Source of the DNA: an uncultured Flavobacteriaceae bacterium
GTDB lineage: Bacteria; Bacteroidota; Bacteroidia; NS11-12g; UBA955
Direction: 5' to 3'
DNA length: 64,000 nt
NCBI GenBank assembly: GCA_964586595.1
Contig: CAZPHB010000016.1
Location: 39 to 64,038 of the forward strand
Numbering within the stretch: the first letter of the stretch is position 1; each line of letters starts with the position of its first letter. This document shows positions 1-8,742 of the stretch, piece after piece. The notes below the pieces were generated by a model. It saw only the letters and a list, made by a program, of their open reading frames with translations. It was not told where the DNA came from and made no database searches. The position numbers and the translations under genes were made by a program.

Positions 1-374
1 GTCTCCGAAATCGCCAACTTCTTGTAGCTGCAAAACGTTATCGGGCGGCCTAAAAGACGACAGAGTAAAAAAATGACAGACTTCAAAACATATTACAATT
101 CAAGATTTCGAGACGACATAAATCGGTTCTTCTCGACTATTCCCGATGCAAGTAAGTTTCAAGAAGACCCTTAAAATAAACAGACTTTTTCAATCCAATA
201 CGAAAGACTAACACCTATCTTTGACCATCTTGATTTTTTAAACAAGGAAGAAAAAGAGTTGTTTGCAGTAGCGCTATTTTTCACAATCTTGACTGACATG
301 GTTTGCTTCACGCACTTTAAATTACATTACAACAAATTCAGATATCTTACACGATATCCAAAGTTTATTGGCAT

Positions 375-614
375 TTGCCCAAGTGGTTGCAACTATCACT
401 ATCATCCAAGCGACATTTTTTTGCATTGAATAAGGGACGTTCAGCAACTGAAAAACAATTGGTTTTTTACGACAAGTTTATTGGAGCCATTGAAACTATG
501 AAGGAAGAAACGATTAATTTTTTTAGAGAACATTTACCCGAAGTGAACGGTGATTCTTTTTGGAAAAAATGCCAAAATGAATTTCCATATAGACCACAAA
601 CAGAAAAAACATGA
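375..614 (+). CDS. small hypothetical ORF (TTG start), 4-bp overlap with the mrr-like gene; possibly a remnant of a degraded upstream gene
   Basis: ORF track only; no recognisable motifs; AT-rich low-GC context; region 1-374 upstream has no ORF >=60 aa. Confidence 0.25.
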   Translation: MPKWLQLSLSSKRHFFALNKGRSATEKQLVFYDKFIGAIETMKEETINFFREHLPEVNGDSFWKKCQNEFPYRPQTEKT

Positions 615-1531
615 TCCCAGACTACCAATCCTTAATGCTTCCCATACTCAAGCTTGTTTCGGACGGTCAAGAACACAAATACCGAGACATGATTGAAAGT
701 TTGGCCATTAAATTTCAAGTAACAGACGAAGAAAGAAAGGAACTCTTAGCAAGTGGAAACCAGGCCATTTTTGACAACAGGGTGGGTTGGGCAAAGACTT
801 ATCTTAAAAAAGCGGGACTACTTGACGCCCCAAAACGTGCAACGTTTGTTATCACTGAGCTTGGCAGACAAACTTTGGCGAAGAATCCAGACCGGGTTGA
901 TGCAAAATACCTCAGACAGTTTCCTGCATTTTTAGAATTTCAAAACGCGTCGAGGAACAACAACGAAACAGAAGAAGACGAATCAACGGTTATTGAGGGC
1001 ATCGAACAAACGCCTGAAGAACTTTTGGACAAGGCTTACCAGCGCATCAGAAAATCATTGGCCTCTGAACTGCTGAACAAAGTTGTTGCCCTCTCCCCAG
1101 CTTTTTTCGAGCGCCTTGTAGTTGAACTCTTGGTAAAAATGGGATATGGTGGCTCGATTAAAGACGCAGGGAAGGCAATGGGGAAAAGCAGTGACGAAGG
1201 CATAGATGGCACCATCAAGGAAGACAAACTTGGGCTGGACATCATTTACATCCAAGCCAAGCGTTGGAAACCGGGAAACATCGTTGGACGGCCAGAACTT
1301 CAAAAATTCGTTGGCGCACTTGCCGGACAAGGTGCTAAAAAGGGTATTTTCATAACGACATCTAATTTCACCAAAGAAGCATTGGAATATACCCCACGAA
1401 ACGAAACGAAAATCGTCCTTATAGACGGAGAACATTTGGCTCAACTGATGATTGACTACAATCTTGGTTGCACAACACAGCAAACTTATGAACTCAAAAA
1501 AATCGACAGCGACTATTTTGGGGAAGAATAA
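611..1531 (+). CDS. mrr: Mrr-family type IV restriction endonuclease (Mrr_N winged-helix + Mrr catalytic domain)
   Basis: N-terminal 'YQSLMLPILKLVSDG...' Mrr_N-like; C-terminal 'GIDGTIKEDKLGLDIIYIQAKRWK...VGRPELQKFVGAL' matches the Mrr_cat D-(E/Q)xK core; low-GC island. Confidence 0.75.
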   Translation: MIPDYQSLMLPILKLVSDGQEHKYRDMIESLAIKFQVTDEERKELLASGNQAIFDNRVGWAKTYLKKAGLLDAPKRATFVITELGRQTLAKNPDRVDAKYLRQFPAFLEFQNASRNNNETEEDESTVIEGIEQTPEELLDKAYQRIRKSLASELLNKVVALSPAFFERLVVELLVKMGYGGSIKDAGKAMGKSSDEGIDGTIKEDKLGLDIIYIQAKRWKPGNIVGRPELQKFVGALAGQGAKKGIFITTSNFTKEALEYTPRNETKIVLIDGEHLAQLMIDYNLGCTTQQTYELKKIDSDYFGEE

Positions 1532-1814
1532 ACCATACGGATAAGCAGAAGGCCGACCCGCTAACACGGGTTTTGCGTCAGGGGGGGTGCCCCCGTTTCG
1601 TACCTCACGGGGCAAACTTGGAGCTTTGTGTCCCGAAAGCTTTCGGGATTCAGTGCTGGGTTGACAATTTTGTGTGGCGAGGTTAGACTCGCCATCGCGA
1701 GCATGCCTCGCGACTCCCAAAACCGCCCGAACGCAAAGCCCGAAAACGTTAGCAGTAATTCTTTTTAAACTGACATGTAAGTCCCCCCAACAGCACCCAT
1801 ACCAACAACAAATT

Positions 1815-2204
1815 ATGTCAAATAAAATAATCGTAACAACCGGAGATCTAAAAGAAGATTATGAAGTAATCGGTCCGGTTTACTTCTCCGTATCAAACAA
1901 AGGACTTTTTGGAAGCCAATTGGGCTCACTCATCAAAAAGTACAAAAGTGAAATTGAAGCCCTCAAGAACGAAGCATTAATGTCGCCCGAAAGGACGGAT
2001 TGGGGCGTGCTGTGGGGCGAATTCTCAGCCGGACAAAACGACTTTGACAAGGCATTCTACATAGCCGTTCAGGAGTTAAAGTCCAGAGCGGCGATTTTAC
2101 ATGCCGATGCCATTGTTTCGATGAGACAAGACATTGATCTTGACACCAATGGATTCCAGTATTTCTATCTTCAGATGTACGGAACTGCAGTGAAATTCAA
2201 ATAG
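1815..2204 (+). CDS. YbjQ/DUF74 family protein (putative heavy-metal-binding domain protein)
   Basis: Start chosen at MSNKIIVTTGD...; 'GPVYFSVSNKGLFGSQLGSL...ADAIVSMRQDIDL...MYGTAVK' is typical of the YbjQ family; the ORF track's 5' extension lies in hairpin-rich noncoding DNA. Confidence 0.65.
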   Translation: MSNKIIVTTGDLKEDYEVIGPVYFSVSNKGLFGSQLGSLIKKYKSEIEALKNEALMSPERTDWGVLWGEFSAGQNDFDKAFYIAVQELKSRAAILHADAIVSMRQDIDLDTNGFQYFYLQMYGTAVKFK

Positions 2205-2335
2205 CCTGACCGAAACAGCGCCGTTCTCTGCGGACCTCCGAAAGATGTTAAGCAATTAGGATGCTCCGAGCGCAGACTAGGGACACGCAGTATGGCAAGA
2301 TTCTCTTTCAAAAGCCACAGCAAAAGGATCGGCCT

Positions 2336-2472
2336 CCCCGCATCGCAAGCTTGCGGGGCAAGAATGGATGGGAGGCCAGGAGCGCAGCAAGAAGGCGCTA
2401 ATTATTCGCAGATTAATGAATGTACTTTTGGTATATACCGTTGCGCCTGCCCCGCAAGCTTGCGATGCGGGG
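2336..2472. repeat. 23-bp perfect inverted repeat pair (ccccgcatcgcaagcttgcgggg / ccccgcaagcttgcgatgcgggg) with 91-bp spacer; MITE/REP-like element
   Basis: Read directly; the arms are exact reverse complements; a related motif cttgcggggcaag recurs at 14941-14953. Confidence 0.7.
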
Positions 2473-2750
2473 AGGAGATCACCTATAACATTCGCCTGCT
2501 TGCAAGCGTAAGGCCTTCCAGACTTTTCAGCCTTGATTTTTTACTTACTTTTTCATCAAGGAAAAAGTAAGAGCGAAAAAGTGAGCGCTGTATTAACGTG
2601 CTTTACATAACATCCGTTTAAATCTGGACAAGTTAGGGGCGGGTGAAATGCTTTGTGGTTCGTGGTTCGGCAGGCTTCACCGAGTCTGTGCTCGGTACTT
2701 TCAGCCCGGGACTTCCTGCGGTCGCCCGGGACTTTCAGCACCATGACAGG

Positions 2751-2853
2751 CTCCCACACAGCTCATTGCTGCCACAATTCGTTGGGGGAAGGCAGCCCTT
2801 CGACGTAGCTCCCCCACAGCTCACTGCTGCCGCAATTCGGTGGGGGCAGGCAG
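2751..2853. repeat. two imperfect ~45-bp direct repeats separated by 13 bp, just upstream of the FNR-like oxidoreductase start
   Basis: ctcccacacagctcattgctgccacaattcgttgggggaaggcag vs ctcccccacagctcactgctgccgcaattcggtgggggcaggcag. Confidence 0.7.
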
Positions 2854-2896
2854 GGTGACAGATGCTTCAGCTTCCTTTTTCCCGAACTTTGCCTCC

Positions 2897-3577
2897 ATGC
2901 AAACCGCCCGTATTGCACGTATTGTGGAGCACCATGCCGCTGTGCGTTCCTTCTTCCTGGAGCCGGAAAGGCCCATTCCCTTCCAGGCCGGACAGTTTGT
3001 GGCGCTCAGCCTGCAAGACGGCGGCGTGGAACGCAGCTATTCCATTGCCAATGAACCTCATGCGCCGCTGCTGGAACTCTGCATCGCGCTGAAACCCGAG
3101 GGACTGATGAGTCCTGCCCTGTTCAACTTGCGCGAAGGCGACCGCATATTCCTCAGCGAAGCCCGGGGCAGCTTCCTGCTCCCTGCCGATTCGGTGGACG
3201 TATGTTTCATCTGCACAGGCACAGGCATCGCGCCTTTTCGCTCCATGTTGCTGCAGGCCCTGAAGCACGGCGACACACGCACATTCCACCTGATATCCGG
3301 AAACCGCACCCGCGCCGAAGCCCTGTACCACGAAGAAATGCTTACCCTGGCGCAGGAATATCCCAACCTGCATTACCATCCTGTGCTGAGCCGCGAAAGC
3401 GTTCCCGGCTTCGGCCATGGCTACGTGCATCCTGTGTACCAGCAGCTGTTTGCCGACCGCCGCGATGCACGCTTCCTGGTATGCGGCTGGACCGCCATGC
3501 TGACCGATGCACGCAGAAACCTCAAGGAAATGGGCTACAACCGCAGGCAGTATTTCTTCGAATCGTACGACGGATAA
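2897..3577 (+). CDS. ferredoxin-NADP reductase-like FAD/NAD(P)-binding oxidoreductase
   Basis: RxYS FAD motif (ERSYSIAN), GTGIAPF NAD(P)-binding motif; start at MQTARIA. Confidence 0.7.
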   Translation: MQTARIARIVEHHAAVRSFFLEPERPIPFQAGQFVALSLQDGGVERSYSIANEPHAPLLELCIALKPEGLMSPALFNLREGDRIFLSEARGSFLLPADSVDVCFICTGTGIAPFRSMLLQALKHGDTRTFHLISGNRTRAEALYHEEMLTLAQEYPNLHYHPVLSRESVPGFGHGYVHPVYQQLFADRRDARFLVCGWTAMLTDARRNLKEMGYNRRQYFFESYDG

Positions 3578-3710
3578 CGCCCGGCGCGCTTAGACACTTG
3601 GCAGGTTCAACAATTTGTGTTATTGTTGCAGCGGCCAAGTACCGTATTCCTATCGGAAACAGCCGGCTGCCTCAGGCGGCTTCATTTTATTCTTATTCTT
3701 TTCAACACAC

Positions 3711-5387
3711 ATGTTTGACAGAAAAAAACTGACGTCAATGTCAGTTGCTGATTTGCGACAAGTCGCAGCAACCGCCGGTATCCAGGGCCATGAAACCCTT
3801 CGGAAACAGGATTTAATTCAGGCCATCCTGCAAAAGCAGGAAGCAACTCCGGTTCCTGCGGAAGAACCCAAAGCCGAGCCGGAACCTCTCAACAAAGAAG
3901 CGAACAACACCAATAAATCCGCGGCACCGCGCGATCAGGGCCGCCGCAGACAACGCGTTCCCCAGAACGAAGCAGCGGAAGTTACCCCGAAACCGGAGGA
4001 AGTCAGCCCGGTAACACCGCCCATCAGTACCCTGATTACGGCTGAAGACCTGGAAGCTGCGCTTCCGGAAGTCACCGAACCACGTGTGGCGCGTAAAGAC
4101 CGCAACCGTCCGGAATTGCCCCGGAAACAATTTGTGGTAGAACGGAAGCAGCCGCCAGCCAAGGAGCCCCAGGACCAAACGGCAACACCTCCGCAACAAC
4201 AACAACAGCAGCAACAACAGCACAACGAACAGGAGCGCCGCCGCAAGGAGCACTTCAACAACCTGCTGGAACTGGAAGGCGTGGTGAGCACCCAGGGCGT
4301 TCTGGAGCTGGTTCCCGACGGGTTCGGCTTCCTGCGCTCCCCCGATTACAACTACATGGCTTCTCCGGATGATGTGTACGTACCCGGAAACGTCATCAAA
4401 AGCCTGGGGCTGAAAACCGGAGACACGGTAAAAGGCAGCATCCGTCCACCGAAAGAAGGCGAAAAGTATTTCGCCCTGGTGAAGGTGGAACAGATCAACG
4501 GGAAAACCCCGGAGGAAGTGCGCGACCGCGTAGGCTTCGAGCACCTCACGCCGCTGTTTCCTCAGGAAAAGCTGAACCTCTGCGACAAAGCCGGAAACTA
4601 CAGCAACCGCATCATCGACCTGATTTCGCCCATTGGCAAAGGGCAGCGCGGGCTCATCGTGGCCCAGCCCAAAACGGGTAAAACCTGGTTGCTGCAGGGC
4701 ATCGCGAATGCCATTGCGGCCAACCATCCCGAGGTGTATCTGATGATTTTGCTGGTAGATGAGCGTCCGGAAGAGGTAACGGACATGGCCCGCAACGTGA
4801 AGGCAGAAGTGATTGCTTCTACCTTCGACGAGCCGGCAGACAAGCATGTGAAGCTGTCCAACATGGTGCTGGAGAAAGCCAAGCGCCTGGTGGAATGCGG
4901 CCACGATGTGGTGATTTTGCTGGATTCCATCACCCGACTGGCCCGTGCGTTCAATACCGTGCAACCGGCCTCCGGCAAGATTTTATCCGGCGGTGTGGAT
5001 GCCAATGCGCTGCACAAGCCCAAGCGTTTCTTTGGCGCAGCTAGGAACATCGAAAACGGCGGTTCCCTCACCATCATCGCCACGGCATTGACCGAAACCG
5101 GCAGCAAGATGGACGAGGTGATTTTTGAAGAATTCAAAGGCACCGGCAACATGGAACTGCAACTGGACCGCAAGCTGTCGAACAAGCGTATTTTCCCGGC
5201 CATAGACATCACCGCCAGCAGCACCCGTCGCGAAGACCTGTTGTTGGACAAAGTGACGCTGCAGCGCATGTGGGTATTGCGCAACTACCTCAGCGACATG
5301 ACGCCGGAAGAAGCGATGAATACCATGCTGAAGTACATGGAAGGCACCAAGGACAACATTGAGTTCCTGGTGAGCATGAATGGGTGA
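3711..5387 (+). CDS. rho: transcription termination factor Rho with long Q/P/E-rich N-terminal insertion domain
   Basis: N-terminal '[29 protein letters not shown]' Rho_N; C-terminal P-loop 'AQPKTGKT', 'ERPEEV', RNA-binding OB 'GFGFLRS'; poly-Q stretch in the insertion. Confidence 0.9.
   Translation: MFDRKKLTSMSVADLRQVAATAGIQGHETLRKQDLIQAILQKQEATPVPAEEPKAEPEPLNKEANNTNKSAAPRDQGRRRQRVPQNEAAEVTPKPEEVSPVTPPISTLITAEDLEAALPEVTEPRVARKDRNRPELPRKQFVVERKQPPAKEPQDQTATPPQQQQQQQQQHNEQERRRKEHFNNLLELEGVVSTQGVLELVPDGFGFLRSPDYNYMASPDDVYVPGNVIKSLGLKTGDTVKGSIRPPKEGEKYFALVKVEQINGKTPEEVRDRVGFEHLTPLFPQEKLNLCDKAGNYSNRIIDLISPIGKGQRGLIVAQPKTGKTWLLQGIANAIAANHPEVYLMILLVDERPEEVTDMARNVKAEVIASTFDEPADKHVKLSNMVLEKAKRLVECGHDVVILLDSITRLARAFNTVQPASGKILSGGVDANALHKPKRFFGAARNIENGGSLTIIATALTETGSKMDEVIFEEFKGTGNMELQLDRKLSNKRIFPAIDITASSTRREDLLLDKVTLQRMWVLRNYLSDMTPEEAMNTMLKYMEGTKDNIEFLVSMNG
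4194..4226 (+). repeat. (CAA/CAG)n trinucleotide microsatellite encoding poly-Q inside the rho insertion domain
   Basis: caacaacaacaacagcagcaacaacagcacaac read directly; encodes [13 protein letters not shown]. Confidence 0.85.
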
Positions 5388-5405
5388 GTTTCACCCTTCC
5401 GAAAT

Positions 5406-6947
5406 TCAATTCCCCCAATTCTCCCGATCCAGGCTTCGGTAGTGGATGGCTTCGGCCAGGTGTTCCACTTTGATGTGTTCGCTGCCGGCCAGATCCGCCA
5501 CGGTGCGGCTTACTTTTAAGATTCTATCGTAGGCACGGGCACTGAGGCTGAGCTTCTGCATGGCCGCGCGCAGCAAAGTCTGCCCCGCCATATCAATGGC
5601 GCACCATTCATGCACCTTGTTGGAAGGCAATTGCGCATTGGCATAAACGCCGGGTAATTCCGCATAGCGCTGCTGCTGCACCTCCCGGGCTCTGATCACC
5701 CGCTCGCGCACCGCTGCACTGTTTTCAGCGCTTCTGGAGCGTGTAGTAAGCGCGTCAAACCCCACCGGCGTCACTTCAATATGAATGTCAATGCGATCCA
5801 GCAACGGACCGCTGATTCTGCTCAGGTAGCGCTGTACCACGCCGGGCGCGCAAACGCAGTCTTTCTCCGGATGGTTGTAAAACCCACATGGACAGGGATT
5901 CATACTCGCCACGAGCATAAAACTGGCCGGATATTCCACCGTGAAGCGTGCGCGGGAAATGGTCACCTTGCGTTCTTCGAGCGGCTGCCGCATCACTTCC
6001 AGCACGGTGCGTTTGAATTCGGGCAGTTCATCCAGAAACAATACGCCGTGGTGCGCCAGGGAGATTTCTCCCGGCTGGGGATGGTTGCCTCCGCCCACCA
6101 GCGCCACATCCGAAATGGTATGATGCGGTGCGCGAAACGGCCGATGTGCGATGAGCGAAGCATGGGCGCCCAACTTTCCGGCCACGCTGTGGATTTTGGT
6201 GGTTTCCAGGGCTTCGTGCAGGGTGAGCGGCGGCATGATGGTGGGCAAACGCTTGGCCAGCATGGTTTTTCCCGCGCCGGGAGGCCCGATGAGGATGATG
6301 TTGTGCCCGCCCGCTGCGCTGATTTCCATGGCCCGCTTGATGTTTTCCTGACCCTGAACGTCGTTGAAATCCACATCCCATTGTTCCTGAGCCTCGGCAA
6401 ACTCCTGCCGCGGATCGGCATATACCTGTTGCAACTGCCCTTGTCCTCGGAAAAAATCAATTACTTCATTCAGATGCGCCGCGCCATACACTTCCAGTCC
6501 TTTCACCATCGCGGCTTCGCGCGCATTTTCGGCAGGCAGCAGCAAGCCTTTGAATCCCTCGCGCTGTGCCTGGATGGCAATGGGCAGGGCGCCTTTCACG
6601 GGCAAAATGCGTCCGTCCAGTCCGAGTTCGCCCATGATGATGTAGGCTGAAACTTCTTCACCGGGAAGCTGTCCGCTGGCAGCCAGCAGGCCCATGGCGA
6701 TGGTGAGGTCGTAGGCGGAACCTTCCTTGCGGATGTCGGCCGGCGCCATGTTCACCACCACCTTGCGGCGCGGCATGTTCCAGCCGTTGTGCTTCAGGGC
6801 CGTTTCGATGCGCAACTGGCTCTCTTTGATGGCGTTGTCGGGCAGGCCGGCAAGAAAATAGCCCAGCCCTTCTCCTATGTTCACTTCCACCGAAATGGTG
6901 ATGGCATCCACTCCGGAAACGGCCGAGCCAAAGGTTCTTACCAGCAT
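5406..6947 (-). CDS. yifB: YifB/ComM family Mg-chelatase-like AAA+ ATPase
   Basis: N-terminal Lon-like domain; Walker A 'GPPGAGKT'; 'magnesium chelatase' family C-terminus. Confidence 0.85.
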   Translation of the reverse strand: MLVRTFGSAVSGVDAITISVEVNIGEGLGYFLAGLPDNAIKESQLRIETALKHNGWNMPRRKVVVNMAPADIRKEGSAYDLTIAMGLLAASGQLPGEEVSAYIIMGELGLDGRILPVKGALPIAIQAQREGFKGLLLPAENAREAAMVKGLEVYGAAHLNEVIDFFRGQGQLQQVYADPRQEFAEAQEQWDVDFNDVQGQENIKRAMEISAAGGHNIILIGPPGAGKTMLAKRLPTIMPPLTLHEALETTKIHSVAGKLGAHASLIAHRPFRAPHHTISDVALVGGGNHPQPGEISLAHHGVLFLDELPEFKRTVLEVMRQPLEERKVTISRARFTVEYPASFMLVASMNPCPCGFYNHPEKDCVCAPGVVQRYLSRISGPLLDRIDIHIEVTPVGFDALTTRSRSAENSAAVRERVIRAREVQQQRYAELPGVYANAQLPSNKVHEWCAIDMAGQTLLRAAMQKLSLSARAYDRILKVSRTVADLAGSEHIKVEHLAEAIHYRSLDRENWGN

Positions 6948-7110
6948 GATGCAAGGCCAAAGGAACCGGGAAGCCTGATTGCGCAGAAGGCGGATGCAGG
7001 ATGAACAATACAGAAGGAATCAAAACACGATAAGTAAATCATAAAACAAATAGCTAAGAGTACGCTTGCGAAGATGCGCCAATTCCGGTAAAACTGCAAC
7101 CCTGAGCCGT

Positions 7111-7581
7111 TCAGTAGGGTTTTTCTCCCTTTTCGATACGCAGGCCTACATCGCTTACATGCAGCAGCTGTTCATCGCGCATGTTTTGCCTGATGCTGAA
7201 ACGGTAGCTGCCTTTTTTCAGGATGCGGTAGCGCTGTTCCAGCGGAAGTTCGAAGCTGATTAAATCACCCACGCCCTTGCCCAGCCAGCGACCGGTATTG
7301 TCGGCCAGCATCAGCGGATATTGTTTCACGCCGGAACCATCGGGCCCCTGCGTATGCAGCAAAATGTACATGTTTGCGTAGCGATAGGCCCCGGTTACGC
7401 GCATGGTCAGGATCAGACGGTATTCATAGGCCGGTTCGTCCAGGTTTGCCGTGAAGCTGAGGCTGTCGTTCCAATGCCAGCTTCTGTTGCGTACCGGTTT
7501 GGTTTCATCGAAAACCACTCCTTCCGGCAATCCACAGGAAGCCAGCAGAACCAAGGGCAAAAGGAACTTCAAGCGTTTCAC
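7111..7581 (-). CDS. small lipoprotein, GldH-like (gliding-motility lipoprotein), tentative
   Basis: Lipobox 'LLASCG'; length ~156 aa; overall resemblance to GldH recalled from Flavobacteria; not verified. Confidence 0.45.
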   Translation of the reverse strand: MKRLKFLLPLVLLASCGLPEGVVFDETKPVRNRSWHWNDSLSFTANLDEPAYEYRLILTMRVTGAYRYANMYILLHTQGPDGSGVKQYPLMLADNTGRWLGKGVGDLISFELPLEQRYRILKKGSYRFSIRQNMRDEQLLHVSDVGLRIEKGEKPY

Positions 7582-7648
7582 CCCCGCAAGTTAGCATCTG
7601 TACCTGAATAATGTGGCCGGGCGCTGCGTGTGCAGAAAGCCTGCAACC

Positions 7649-8671
7649 TTACCAGATTCCACACAGCTGAAGCAGGCGCTGTTCTTCTTCATGGGTGAAT
7701 TCGGGAAGCACATCCATCACCCAGATATTGCAGGCATCCGTATTCAATTCAAGCATGCGCATCCAGTCTTTTCGCGTGGTAAGGATGGCCTTGGCGCCTG
7801 TGGCTTTCAGGGTTTGCTGCCATTGTTGTATATCCTGTTCCGTGTAAGGCTGGTGATCCTGATATTCCAGGTGTTCCATTACCTGATATTGCTGTTCTGC
7901 CTGCCGGCGGAAGTAAGAAGCCTGACCAATGCCGGTAACCAGCACAACCGGCGCCTCAGCTTCGGGCTCCTGATTTCCCTGCACACATAGGGCCGCACTG
8001 TAGCTCAGGCTGCTGAACATTACAGGAGCCTGTGTATAGCGTGCAGCTTTCTTGTTGAGCTGCTGCCTGCGCTGCCCGTCCAGTTCGGGCGGACATTTGG
8101 TAAAGATCAGGGCCTGGGCATGTTTGGCATTGAAGCGAAACTCACGCAGCAGTCCTGCCGGAATTGGGTAATCCTTGAAAAAAGGCCTGCCGATGTCGCT
8201 CAGCAGCACATAAACGGAGGCCTTGATGCGTAAATGTTGGTAGCCATCATCCATGATGATGAGGCGACAGGCCGGAAACGCTTCCATAATCCGTTCAATG
8301 CCTTCTTTCCTGTTTTCGCACACAAATACCCGCTGATCGCTGCGGCAGATTTTGCGTATTTCCAGGGGCTCATCGCCAACCAGCACGGCGGCGTCCATTG
8401 GCTGCACCTCGCGAAACCCTTTGCTGCGGCGGCCATAGCCACGACTCAACACGGCAACCGGCACGCGGCTTCGGCCCAGCAACCATTTGATCATGGGCGT
8501 TTTCCCGGTGCCGCCGGCGCTGAGGTTTCCGATACATACCACGCGAACCGGAGGCTGATAACGTTTTCCGGGCAGCAGGTACCAGCAGCGACGCAGCCAG
8601 GCCACGGCTCCCCAAAGCCAGCCAAAGGGCAAGAGCAGCCATTGAAAAAAGCTAAAGATATTGGGTTGCAT
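7649..8671 (-). CDS. lpxK: tetraacyldisaccharide 4'-kinase
   Basis: P-loop 'VVCIGNLSAGGTGKTP', the LpxK signature. Confidence 0.8.
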   Translation of the reverse strand: MQPNIFSFFQWLLLPFGWLWGAVAWLRRCWYLLPGKRYQPPVRVVCIGNLSAGGTGKTPMIKWLLGRSRVPVAVLSRGYGRRSKGFREVQPMDAAVLVGDEPLEIRKICRSDQRVFVCENRKEGIERIMEAFPACRLIIMDDGYQHLRIKASVYVLLSDIGRPFFKDYPIPAGLLREFRFNAKHAQALIFTKCPPELDGQRRQQLNKKAARYTQAPVMFSSLSYSAALCVQGNQEPEAEAPVVLVTGIGQASYFRRQAEQQYQVMEHLEYQDHQPYTEQDIQQWQQTLKATGAKAILTTRKDWMRMLELNTDACNIWVMDVLPEFTHEEEQRLLQLCGIW

Positions 8672-8742
8672 CTGTGGGCGAAGTTTACATCCAATGATTG
8701 CTGTTGCGGACCGGTTTTCACCAAACCCAACAGCAGGTGCGT

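Noticed and set aside
1658-1692. TTGACA-N17-TAGACT sigma-70-like promoter
   Set aside because: Bacteroidetes sigma-A uses the -33 TTTG / -7 TAnnTTTG consensus, so an E. coli-type match is probably coincidental within palindromic DNA; mentioned only under the hairpin cluster.
1055-1720. 221-aa minus-strand ORF antisense to mrr and extending into the hairpin region
   Set aside because: Entirely overlaps the well-supported mrr CDS on the opposite strand and runs through palindromes; TTG start; no recognisable motifs.
2751-2853. Possible CRISPR array
   Set aside because: Only two imperfect direct repeats with a 13-bp 'spacer', and no cas genes; not a CRISPR.
2292-2858. Track ORFs 2292..2570 and 2643..2858 in the repeat block
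   Set aside because: Composed of inverted and tandem repeats, arginine/proline-rich nonsense composition, no start context; treated as noncoding.
3813-4964. 383-aa minus-strand ORF antisense to rho, plus other long antisense ORFs (5781..6650 in yifB, 11224..12477 in clpC, 43717..44367 and 42682..43542 in the 995-aa gene)
   Set aside because: Typical shadow ORFs in high-GC coding DNA opposite strongly supported genes; low-complexity/odd composition.
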